Notes under the pieces: model-generated
Databases searched by the model: none
Seen by the model: only the letters and a program-made list of their open reading frames with translations
What the model was told of the DNA's origin: nothing
In this document: one piece after another, positions 23,447 to 33,830 of the stretch
How positions within the stretch are numbered: the stretch's first letter is position 1
Layout: each line of letters starts with the position of its first letter
Assembly: GCA_001662655.1 (NCBI GenBank)
Contig: KV460239.1
Source: Pseudogymnoascus verrucosus
Taxonomy: Eukaryota
DNA length: 64,000 nt
Reading direction: 5' to 3' (one strand)
Position numbers and translations under genes: made by a program

Positions 23447-25304
23447 TTACGATGGGTGGTAGGGACAATATCCCTTAGCAGACGCCGTATAGCTGGCGTG
23501 CAACGGACAGAGTGGACTAGATTCGGGGTGATTTTTGAGTTCATTGGCATAATTTCCTCGTTCGGATGGGCTGGGTAAACCTCGGTTTGCAAGTTCTCTC
23601 TCTCTGTCCCGCGACTTCTCGCTTTCTGTTTTTGATATCTCACCAACCAAGGCGCTCCCTGAGTCGGGCTTGGACAGGCGAGATGGTCCGCTGCTTCCAG
23701 CTTGTGTAAGTGGGGAACCGACGGCAGACGACTGTCGTCTTCTTCCAGGGCTTCCTTGGCTAGGTGATCGCGGTGTATTATACTGGGCATCCTGATCCTC
23801 ATCATCAACAGTGCGTGTGCCAGGCACTTCAACTATCCCATATTTTAGCATATTTAATGTTTGACTTTCGGATGGGAGTTCATCAAGGGCTCAGAGTGAA
23901 TCTCACCTCCAAAATATTGATCGGGCCTGGGCTCAGCGGGAGGGGCATCTGACCGAGGAGTAGAAACAGGTGTCTTCCCAAACAATAGCTCTCTTATGGA
24001 ACTGGTGGCGGTAGCGGCCCCAACCGTGTCGCCAGAATCATTTTGGTGCCAGGGAGCCAAACCAAAGCGTTTTCGAGGCAACCTTAGCGAGTGCTCGTTT
24101 GGGCTCAGTGGGTGCATCGCTCGCTCGTTTTGCTTTTTCGTAGCTAGAAACTGCGAAAAGAAGCGAGATGTCCCTCGGAGCGTGTTCGTTGTTTGGCGTT
24201 CCAAATCAACTGGCGGCGATTCAGGCCTTGATTCTTCTGGCCCCTGGAATAGTGAGTAGAATACAGACGGGACATCCAGAGCTGCCTTACCTTTCCTTTC
24301 CCTGACGTTGATGCCTTCCTACTAAGTGATATTTGCTGCAACTTTCGCAAAAGAGCCTTTGGCGTGGGAGTTCCCTTATCGGAGTTTATTATTCCTCGGG
24401 GAGAGATTGCCCGTCTTGCCTGGGGACCGTCGCCCTCCGCTTCCCCATCCTCTTCATCTTCCATATCAGCCGGATTCCTTGCCCAAACCTCAGACGCATT
24501 CAATGAACGCGGTGCTGAAGGTGCGGGGCTGCCAAATGTGCTCGCGCCGCTCCCTTGTAAGGACTTCCGAACCCATTTTGGAGGACGGAAGTTTTTCGTG
24601 GGCCGTGTAATAAGTTCGCGCTCTGCCCAATACCCTTCAGGGAACCAAACCCATTCGTAACCGAGCATAGGAGAACGAGGAGGATCTGCGGCAGTTCGAG
24701 ATACTGGCTTTGGTTTAGGCGTGGAGTTATTTGAGCTATTCAACTCCCCGGAGTCCTTAAAGAGAGGCTTTCCCTCATTATTTGACAATGAGCTTCTGAA
24801 AGGCGACCCGTCAAACACCGCTGATATGGCCTTTTTGATTGACCGGATATTCCGAGGCGTGGATGGTCCAACGCCTGGCCCGGAGGCGTCCGTCAATTCT
24901 TCAGTAGCGGTCACTTCAGTGACCTGGCCAGAAACCTTAACTTGTTTCGCATCTTTGGAATTGGGCAATTTCCCAGTAATAGTGCCGGTAGCTTGTGAAA
25001 CTTTAACTTTCCGCGAAGTAGATTGCTTCCTCCTGCTATCTCTGGTTGGTTTCGTAGCTTCAGCTTCCACCTTAGTTTCCACCTCAGCAACACGGCCTGT
25101 GATCTGACCAGTGACTTGACCAGAACCTTCTGCAGCTGTCACTTCCTCGGAAACTATCACCTGCGTGAAAGTACTCGTACTTTGCGGGGACAAGCCTTCT
25201 TCTTCTTCTTGTGTCTCAAAATACTCGTCGTCGGCATCCCCATCATGACTGATCTCGGTGCCTGCGACGTCCGTAATTGATATCTTCGGAATAGGGCCCG
25301 CCAT
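23447..25304 (-). CDS. Hypothetical, largely disordered protein with GYEWVWFPEGYWAERE block and C-terminal SPLCPLH..GYCPYH motif
   Basis: Exons 25304-24291, 24243-23907 and 23832-23447 join in frame across GTAAGG..CAG and GTGAGA..GCTAA..TAG introns. Confidence 0.75.
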
Positions 25305-25492
25305 GATGAGAATATTGTCAGCTTAAAGCTTTCAACAAGAAAGAAAGTTAAGAATTCTTGAAGAGAGTGGGAAAATATGTTTAGGGAATAAGGACGTCGC
25401 TGACAACAGAAATGAAAGAAATATGATGTTATGAAGGCAGTTACGGTCGTTCCTACCCAATCCAACCTACTAGAAGAAAAAATTACTGTATG

Positions 25493-25526
25493 AGAACGTG
25501 CCTTCCTGTACGGGAAGGCACGTTCT
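25493..25526. repeat. Near-perfect 34-bp palindrome
   Basis: AGAACGTGCCTTCC-TGTACG-GGAAGGCACGTTCT, with perfectly complementary 14-bp arms. Confidence 0.9.
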
Positions 25527-25766
25527 TAACTTTAATAGAATAGGTTATGTTTGGCAAGAACCCCATTTACTTACGGTGCAAACAACGAAGTCTCAGCCAT
25601 CCAAGCTGCCACCTTGATCGCCCCAAATCAAACCAGACCCGCAAGAGAACGTCAACGCCGAAAATGGTGAATGTATTTGTATCGAAAATCATCAACATAA
25701 TTTACACGCTGGCCGCCAAGACCCCATGAGGAAAACGCCCCGTTCGATTTATGGGGTATACAACCC

Positions 25767-26434
25767 CTACGACTTGTTCTCCGCAGCTATCTTGGCCTCC
25801 ATCTTTCTCCTCGCTGCCAAGATCATTTCCTCCCTCCTCTGCTGCATCAACGACTGCCTCTCGGTCTTATTCTGACTCCAGGCCTTCCCTCCGGGCGACT
25901 TGCCGGGCGACCCGCCTGTCGTTTCCTTATCTTCGCTGCTACTGGATGCGGCGATCTTTGCGCCGAGGTTGTATCGCGAAATGAGGTCGGGTTGGGATGG
26001 CTTTGGCGCCTCCGTCCTTGTGCCTGCGCCGGTTTGCGAAGAAGAAGTTGCTGCAGCTGGTGGCATCGGTGGTCGGAAAGTCTGTGGCGGCTGTACGGCG
26101 TTAGCTGATGCGGGGTGGCAATTTGAAGCAGGCCCAGGGAAATATGTCAACTCACCTCCTCAAGTCCTCTACCGCTCAGTATCCTCTCCGTCGTCGCGGC
26201 AATATTCCCTCCGTTCCTCTGCAAGTCCCACATTATCGTCCGCCGCCCAACCTGCGGGAACATCTGCTGCACCCTGTCCACATCTGCCTCCCGCACTCGT
26301 ACGCCGCCCCTGCTTGAAGCTGATGGCTGGTCTGGAGACTGAGGGGCAGAGAAGAAAAAGTATCGGACGGCGAAGCCACCCAGGAGGAGGATTATGACCA
26401 GTTGCGGCAGGTTTATTGTTTGGTCGTCCGCCAT
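25767..26434 (-). CDS. CUE-domain ER membrane protein (Cue1/Cue4-like, ERAD)
   Basis: Exons 26434-26156 and 26090-25767. N-terminal transmembrane helix, CUE domain (VDRVQQMFPQV..IMWDLQRNGGNIAATTERIL), DLISRYNL, and a C-terminal Ubc7-binding-like helix (ERQSLMQQRREEMILAARRKM). Confidence 0.88.
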
Positions 26435-27237
26435 GGTTGCTGTGCTGGCGTATTGGTGGGTAGTGTCAGCAGTAGTGACGTTTGTATGAGCCTCTGAGCC
26501 GGGCGTGCGGCATGAAGTATCCCGTGAGCTACAGTGCCGTTTTGCGATCGTGGCGCTGTATGTTATGTTTAATAATGGATTTCGAATTTGGGAGTGATAG
26601 GATAAGGCGTGGATGATCGTGCCCTCGATGGTGACCGGAGTCGCAATAAAGTTACCCGGCCCGGATTATTATGTGCCGATCTGGAGATATCGTCATGTGC
26701 CTGGCACATCACACATGCAATAAGTAAGATACAAGCTTCCACTCATGCACGGCTACAATTGTTAAGCCAGTTCCTCAGAAATAGAACCAAAGAGATGGAT
26801 TGTATCATTTCGAATGGGTGAGATCAATTCGCAGCTAATATGGACGGCCCTCTTCGGACATTTGGGCGGCACGAGGACATATCCTCTTACTGTGCATCAG
26901 TTGTCCTATTAGTTGGCTTATTTATTTATTTGTTGCGCTCATGTTAACTACATCAATGAATCCGCCTTTCTCTTATGAATACGCCGTATGATGCCCAACT
27001 TTATGCAAGTCCTGTATCGTACTGTACAATCTACACCAGATTGACTGGAGTCAATATCTAGTGAGCAATCAAAGAAAGAATCTGATCAAAAGAACCATGC
27101 AGTTGTCAATATTTAATTACAGATGATGTTTCTCACAGCAGCGCATTCATCTCACGCCGGTTCTTGGGCCTCCGACGTTCGTCCTGGCCCGCGTCCTCGT
27201 CAAGCTGAAGGGCAATTCTCCAATCACCGAGTGTCAT

Positions 27238-28045
27238 CTACAACGCAGCGAGGGCAACGGCAGCAGCAGCCACACCGCCGACAGCCCATCCAGCGCAACC
27301 GGTAATCTGAGGCATCCCACCCGTGGATGCAGATGTCTGGACGGATGTCTCGGCGGCCTTAGAATCGGTCCCAGTGGTGCCAGTCCCAGCAGTGCCAGTA
27401 GGTGTGCTGGTTGGCGCAGAGGTGACACCTGGTCCGGTCGTGGCAGGGGGGCTCGAACCATCAGTGCTTGTGGCAGCACCATTGTAAATGGAGGATATAT
27501 CGTGGACAACAGTTGCGGGGCCCCAAAGCGTCTCGGCATTTTTGCCAGTAAGGGTCATTGTCGTCTCAGTCTTGTCGGTATCGCTCTCGAAATTCAAAGT
27601 GCCAGGTCCACTGTAACGAACTGTGCAAACAGCCCGAGTCGTGCCTGCGAGCGCGCACTGTTGGGTGAGGGTGCTGTCAAGGAGTCTTGTCAGTACAACC
27701 AACTAGTCAGTGTTATGTATGTTTGAACTCTTACAGATCCTCCATAGTAGACTCCATCTGCACTGAGCTGGGCCCAATGGTATACTTCAGCGGCTCCAAG
27801 AATAGGCAGTTCTCCCCGGTGGTCGGCACCGATTTGATGGGGCAGCCCAGAAGATACGTGGTTGCGGCTGCATCCTATTGTCTCTAATTAGATGGTCCGA
27901 TCGTCAAGAATAGTATCCAACTTACAGAGCCAACGGGATAAACAACGAATTCACCACCGGCGTCCCCAGCGCCAAACAGCTCGACTGTCTCGGCCGAGGC
28001 GACGACCGCAGAGGCGGCAGCAAGTAGAAGTACGGAGGCACGCAT
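27238..28045 (-). CDS. Secreted, probably GPI-anchored Ser/Thr-rich cell-surface protein, ~231 aa
   Basis: Exons 28045-27926, 27874-27735 and 27673-27238. Signal peptide MRASVLLLAAASAVVASA, four Cys (TTYLLGC..C..C..C), a Thr/Ser-rich stalk and a hydrophobic C-terminus. Confidence 0.85.
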
Positions 28046-28565
28046 GATGGTGGTAGTAGTCAGTGGTATTAGACAGAGTAATGAGTGAATGAATAGCAGA
28101 GCAATGTTGATACAAGATGAAGAATTCGCAAAGTGTACGGAACGAGTGTGACTTTTTGGGGAAAAAAAGGGAAGAGGCAACAACCCGGGGGGACGGGTCG
28201 TATTATACTGGTCAAGGGGAAGAGATAGGCCTGGACCTTACACTAGTTAAGGATAACAAACCTTGCATCTCATCTCTTTTCGTATAAGGCGTGCTTAGTC
28301 ATGTAACCTTATCAGAAACGACAAATTGGTCGTCGTATTCGACCCTTTTGTGGGTTATTATAATTTCACAGAGGGAGGTTATGTGGTTTTTTAAAGTTGT
28401 AACTGCGGTTTCTATAGAATTCATGTTTTACCCTTTTTGTCCATACTTGTCAGGGTGCTGATCCCTCGGTCTTTGACATGGCGGCCAGGCAAGATCAAGT
28501 CTAAATTTATGCAACCCCACATGGACCGTGCAGGTTATGTACCCCTTAAACACCCAATTAGCGTA

Positions 28566-28597
28566 ACGCGTCTCAGCGCGACAATTATATTCCGCGT
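28566..28597. promoter_or_regulatory. MCB (ACGCGT) plus two CGCG cores upstream of ORC4
   Basis: ACGCGT at 28566-28571, then GCGCGA and CCGCGT within 30 bp, about 150 bp before the ATG. Consistent with MBF-type G1/S control. Confidence 0.5.
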
Positions 28598-28725
28598 TTC
28601 CCTACGTGGACCAAGCCACAGTGGTCGTGGCTACTGCTCAAGGTCGATATTACCTGATATACAAATACAAACGCCAGGCTGGTAACTTACTGGTTCTGAC
28701 ATGTTGGATTAATTACTCGGCTACA

Positions 28726-31346
28726 ATGAGTTCGAATAAGCGCAGTCGCCCATTGGAACAGCAGGTCAACGATTCTTCGCCAATGCCAAGCTCCGGCCGA
28801 CTATCTGCGAAGAGAAGGAAGGTGGGCGGCAGTGGATCGTCGCCTTCGACGCCAAATGCCGTGGAGGCTGTGAAGAGGACATTGGGGAGAGCTCTCAAAT
28901 CTGTGCGCCTGAAGGAGAATGAGCCGGTTGACGATGACTCGAACCGGGAACAGTCCCCAACGAAGCAGCTTCTGGAAGATGAAGCTGCCGTCGAATCGAT
29001 GAGCCCCAAACCTACAAACGAAGCTGCAGCAGAGGATATACCGGTATCCGAGCCAGGAAACCGCTCTGCAGGACGCCAGGCGCGAAAACCGAGGCGCTAT
29101 TCGACAGAGGTGGCTGAAAGGCCGGTGCTGGAACCGAAGAGCATCTTGACACCCAGCAAGAGAGGACGGGGCAGGCCACGAAAGAGCGTCGCTTTTGAAC
29201 AGACGACACCAGCGGAGGGCGAGGTGGATCTAGGATTTAAAGATATCCCCATAGACCAGCCGCTTCCAGTGGAGACACCGACACAGCGAAAGAGAAGCAC
29301 ATCTCCGAAAAATAGCGACCCCCAAGAGCAACCCCAAGAGCTCTTACAACCCGAGGAAGCCGACACCGCAGAAGCACCACAAGAAGTTATACCACAAAAA
29401 CGAGGGAGAGGGAGACCGCGAAAAATCCATGACCCCATAGAGCTCTCCCAGCCCGAAATTGTCGTCACCGCAGACGGAGCAGAAGAAGCTGTACCGCCGA
29501 AGAGAGGGAGAGGGAGACCTCGAAAAATCCACGATCCCAACGAGCCCTCACAACGTGAGAAATACACCAAATCGCCCAAAATACCAATTATTGTGGAGCC
29601 AGATGACGAGGAGGAGACAGACGAGGAAGTTTGTGCTATATGTGAGAATGGAGACTCTGAAGCCCCGAATGAGATTATGTTCTGCGATAGTTGCGATCTA
29701 GCTGTGCACCAAGAATGCTACAACATTATCACGGTTCCTGAAGGCGAATGGTTATGCAGCGACTGCCAACCAGAAGATCCAGAAATAGAGACGGCCGATG
29801 TTCACGAAGCGGTTCCAGAAATAGATGCCGAATCTATTTTTGAGATTGGCGGATCAGAGCCACCAGCAATACCAGGGCTGAAAGACCATCTAATGGCTAT
29901 GCAAAGGCTTTTGTTAGACAAATTAACTGGGCGAAAGAGGCTGAAGCTGCATGATCTCGATGACGAGTTCCAAAAAGTATACCAGGTTGTTGAGCAGACA
30001 GTCACGTCAGGAGAGGGGAATTCTATGCTCGTCATAGGGGCGAGAGGTTCTGGAAAGACAACTGTAAGTATCCCTTGTTTGTTGATAGCAACATACTAAT
30101 GCGCTCTAGCTTGTCGAAACAGTTATATCAGATCTCTCAATTGAGCATCGACAGAACTTCCACGTCGTTAGGCTTAATGGGTTCACGCACACAGATGACA
30201 AACTAGCGTTGCGGGACATCTGGAGGCAGCTGGGCCGCGAGATGGAAGTCGAAGAGGACCTAACTGCTAAGACCAACAATTACGCCGATACATTAACTTC
30301 GTTGCTAGCTTTATTATCGCATCCCACTGAGCTGTCGGAAGATAGCGCAAACCATATGGCAAAGTCGGTTGTTTTCATCCTGGACGAGTTCGATCTCTTT
30401 GCATCGCATCCGCGCCAGACTTTACTCTACAATCTGTTTGACATTGCCCAGGCGAGGAAAGCGCCCATAGCTGTCTTGGGCGTAACAACGAAAATCGACG
30501 TCGTGGAGACCCTCGAAAAGAGAGTTAAAAGTCGATTCAGCCACCGATACGTGCATCTGCCACTGCCGCGAAGCCTTGCAGCATTCTGGGAGATATGTAA
30601 GGAAGGACTTCAAGTGGATATGGACGAACTCGTTGATGGGGGATTTGATCCCGGATTGCCTGGACAGGAGGAGTTCCTCGAGTACTGGGACTCGATGATT
30701 AACGTAGGTTACCTGTCCACTGGTGACTCTGTTTAGGTTCTAACGTCCCTTCTAGTCTCTATATAACGATGATGCACCGTACAAAGCTCATCTACAAAGA
30801 ATATTCTACCGAAGCAAATCCGTCCCCGCCTTCTTCAGCACCTGCCTCCTCCCCATCGCGAGCCTCACACCTCGCTCTCTCCCACTCACCTCGGCCTCAT
30901 TCCCCGTCCAATCCACCCTCTCCCCCCCCGACTCGAAGCTCCACATCCTACAAGGGCTTTCCGACCTCGACCTCACGCTCCTCATATGCGCCGCGCGCCT
31001 CGACGTCGTCCTCGATACTGACACGTGCAACTTCGCAATGGCTTACGATGAATACACGACTCTGACAACAAGGCAAAGGATCCAGGCGAGCAGCAGTGGC
31101 ATTGGGGCACTCAGCGCTAGTTATAAAGTGTGGGGCCGCGAGGTGGCTATGGGGAGCTGGGAGACGCTGGTCGACTATGAGCTGCTTGTTCCGGCTAGCA
31201 TGGGAGCAGGGCCGATGGGTGGCCTTGGGGGAGGGGGTGTTGGGAGGGAAGGCAAGATGTGGAAGGTGGATGTTGGGTTGGAAGAGATCGCTGGCAGTGT
31301 GGGCGGGCTTACAAGTGTCATGACGAAGTGGTGTAAGGAGATTTGA
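28726..31346 (+). CDS. ORC4: Origin recognition complex subunit 4 with N-terminal AT-hooks and PHD finger, ~840 aa
   Basis: Exons 28726-30063, 30110-30703 and 30756-31346. Motifs: GEGNSMLVIGARGSGKTT, ILDEFDLFASHPRQTLLYNLFD, LEKRVKSRFSHR, three KRGRGRPRK and a C4HC3 PHD. Confidence 0.94.
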
Positions 31347-32069
31347 GCATGTGCTTTGTCTTGAATGGCTGTACTACCGGCATGATGATATAATGACAAG
31401 ATATAGACGGTGAAGATAGAGTGCTATACTTCGTACGCATCGGCATGAATGTAATACAAACCTTAATGCCTGGTAATTTGTTTGACACAGTGCCGCCGAC
31501 GCTAACAGCTGCCAAATATAAATTCTTCAACAGGGTCACTCAGGAACAACAATTGGGAAGTGAGCGGTACTGTAACCGCGCAACACAAACAATAATACAA
31601 AAATATCAATAGCCGCCCAACATGTCTCTCATCTGTATCCACAATCCCGTATCTTCACCACCTAAGCGCCCCAAACCGGCGTCAACAAGACACAAAAGCT
31701 TCACTCTCGCCTGTAGACAAGTAGCGCGTCAGCGTGACAGGGACCCTGAAACGAAGCTTCTTCGCTTGGCGCCAAACACGCTACCCCGCAGAACGAACCA
31801 CAGCCGCTCATTTGCTTAGAACAACGGCGTTTTGTTTCAACCGCGGCGTTACCTCGCACCTAAAATACTGAAGGATGAATTCGGACCTCTGCAGATACGA
31901 GGTCGCCAGCTGTCATAAAGGCGATGATGGGACGGTAAGTTTCAAGGTAGGTGCCCGCTTTCTTTCGACTTGTGTTGTTTCGTCTGTTTCTCTTATTTCT
32001 ATTTCATCGTCATCATTGTGTTTTGGATTGCTCGGACGGGTTCCATAGAGACTTTTTTGAAACTTCACG

Positions 32070-33532
32070 ATGAGGGTCAGCTTTCGTGCTTGCGGGCTAG
32101 TCCTGCTCACCGTCGCTGCAGATGTTACAAGTGCGATCAAGGTCGATGTCCACGATATTGGTATGTAGCCAGCCGTCCCATCTGCGATCACCCGCTAACT
32201 TACGCAACAGCATCCATCAAGGCGGCAGCCAGCAAGGTGGCATACGGCCTGGCGAAGTTCTACACAGGCAACGTCACCAACACCCCCGAGACCATCGGCA
32301 TTCTAGGGCGTCCGTACTACTGGTGGGAAGGCGGCGCAATGTGGGGAGCCTTCCTCGACTACTACCGCCTGACCGGCGACTCCTCGTACAACGACATCGC
32401 CTACCAAGCCCTCGTCAGTCAAGTCGGGCCTAACCATGATTACATGGTGCCCATGTACTACAAAGAGGAAGGCAACGACGACCAAGCCTTCTGGGGCTTC
32501 GCCACCATGTCCGCCGCCGAGCAAGACTGGCGTGCCCCTCCCAGCCCCATCCCCAGCTGGCTGCAACTAACCATCAACCTCTGGAACACCCAAGCCGCAC
32601 GCTGGGACACCCTGCACTGCGGCGGCGGTCTGCGCTGGCAGATCTTCGAGTACAACAACGGATACACCTACAAGAACACCGTTTCCAACGGAGCCTTCTT
32701 CCAGCTCTCCGCCCGTCTCGCACGCTACACCGGTAACGCAACCTACGCGGAGTGGGCCGGCAAAGTATGGGACTGGACGCGCGAAAGCGGTCTCATAGAT
32801 GACCACTTCAACGTCTACGACGGCGCGGGCATCGAATCAAACTGCTACGACATAAACCGCATGCAATTCTCCTACTCCCCCGGCATCTACCTCTACGGCG
32901 CCGCCACCATGTACAACGCCACATCCGGGAGCTCGCTCTGGCGCGAACGCACCCAGGGGCTCTTGGTGCGCACAAACGAGTGGTTCTTCACCCCCTTCCC
33001 CAACGCTACGGATATCATGTGGGAAGTCCCCTGCGAGGGAATCCAGACATGCAACTATGACATGCTATCCTTCAAAGCCTACCTCTCGCGCTTCATGTGG
33101 GCGACCTCCAAAATTGCACCCTTCACCGCCCCCGCCATCGGGCGCGTCCTGCGCGCCTCGGCCGCCGGCGCCGCACTAGCATGCGATGGCTCGGAAACGG
33201 GAGAGCTGTGTGGACAGAAGTGGTATACGGGGACGAGTGATGATATCTTCGGACCCGGGCAGCAGATGGCGGCGCTGGAGGTGCTGCAGGGATTGTTGAC
33301 GCCGTACGCCGAAGCGCCGTTGACGGCGAAAGGGGGGAAGTTGGTAAGCTCCGCGTCGCCGAGTAAGGCGGTTGTAGGCGGGGAGGCGGTGGTGGTGGGG
33401 GATGTGCCGCCGGCGGGGGCGGTGGAGGTGCCGGTTGTGAGCGCGACGGGGGGGGTGGAGAGGAGGGGGGTGGGTTGGGGGGTGGTGTGGGTGGGTGTTG
33501 GTGCTGGGGTGGTGGCGGCGCTGTGTTTGTAG
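32070..33532 (+). CDS. GH76 mannan endo-1,6-alpha-mannosidase / GPI transglycosidase (Dcw1/Dfg5-like)
   Basis: Exons 32070-32160 and 32211-33532. Signal peptide, YYWWEGGAMWG, catalytic GNDDQAFWG, CGGGLRWQIF, YKNTVSNG, FKAYLSR and a hydrophobic GPI-type tail. Confidence 0.93.
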
Positions 33533-33712
33533 GGAGTTGTTGGGGGGGGGTTGACGTGAAGTGAAGGAAGACCCATAGGGCATTTGGGCTGGCGTTGACG
33601 TGATGGCTGGTATAGCGGCGTTGGTTTGGGATGATTATAGATGGACGTATATAGTAGCATAAATGAATTGTATATACGAGCTCACTTACCTGTAACGGGA
33701 CTCACCACATAA

Positions 33713-33830
33713 CCCGATTCTTCCATATCGTTTGATCTGCAGTGCCCATCATCCCGATTCTTCCATATCATTGATCTGCTGTTGCCCAGCACCTCGATTC
33801 TTCCATATCATTAAAGCAACGTTGCCATCA
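33713..33830 (+). repeat. 40-bp minisatellite x3
   Basis: Units start at 33713, 33753 and 33793 and share CGATTCTTCCATATC. Confidence 0.85.

Noticed and set aside
27238..33532. GPI protein and GH76 as an enzyme-substrate cluster
   Set aside because: They are separated by ORC4, both families are common, and no shared regulatory signal is visible.
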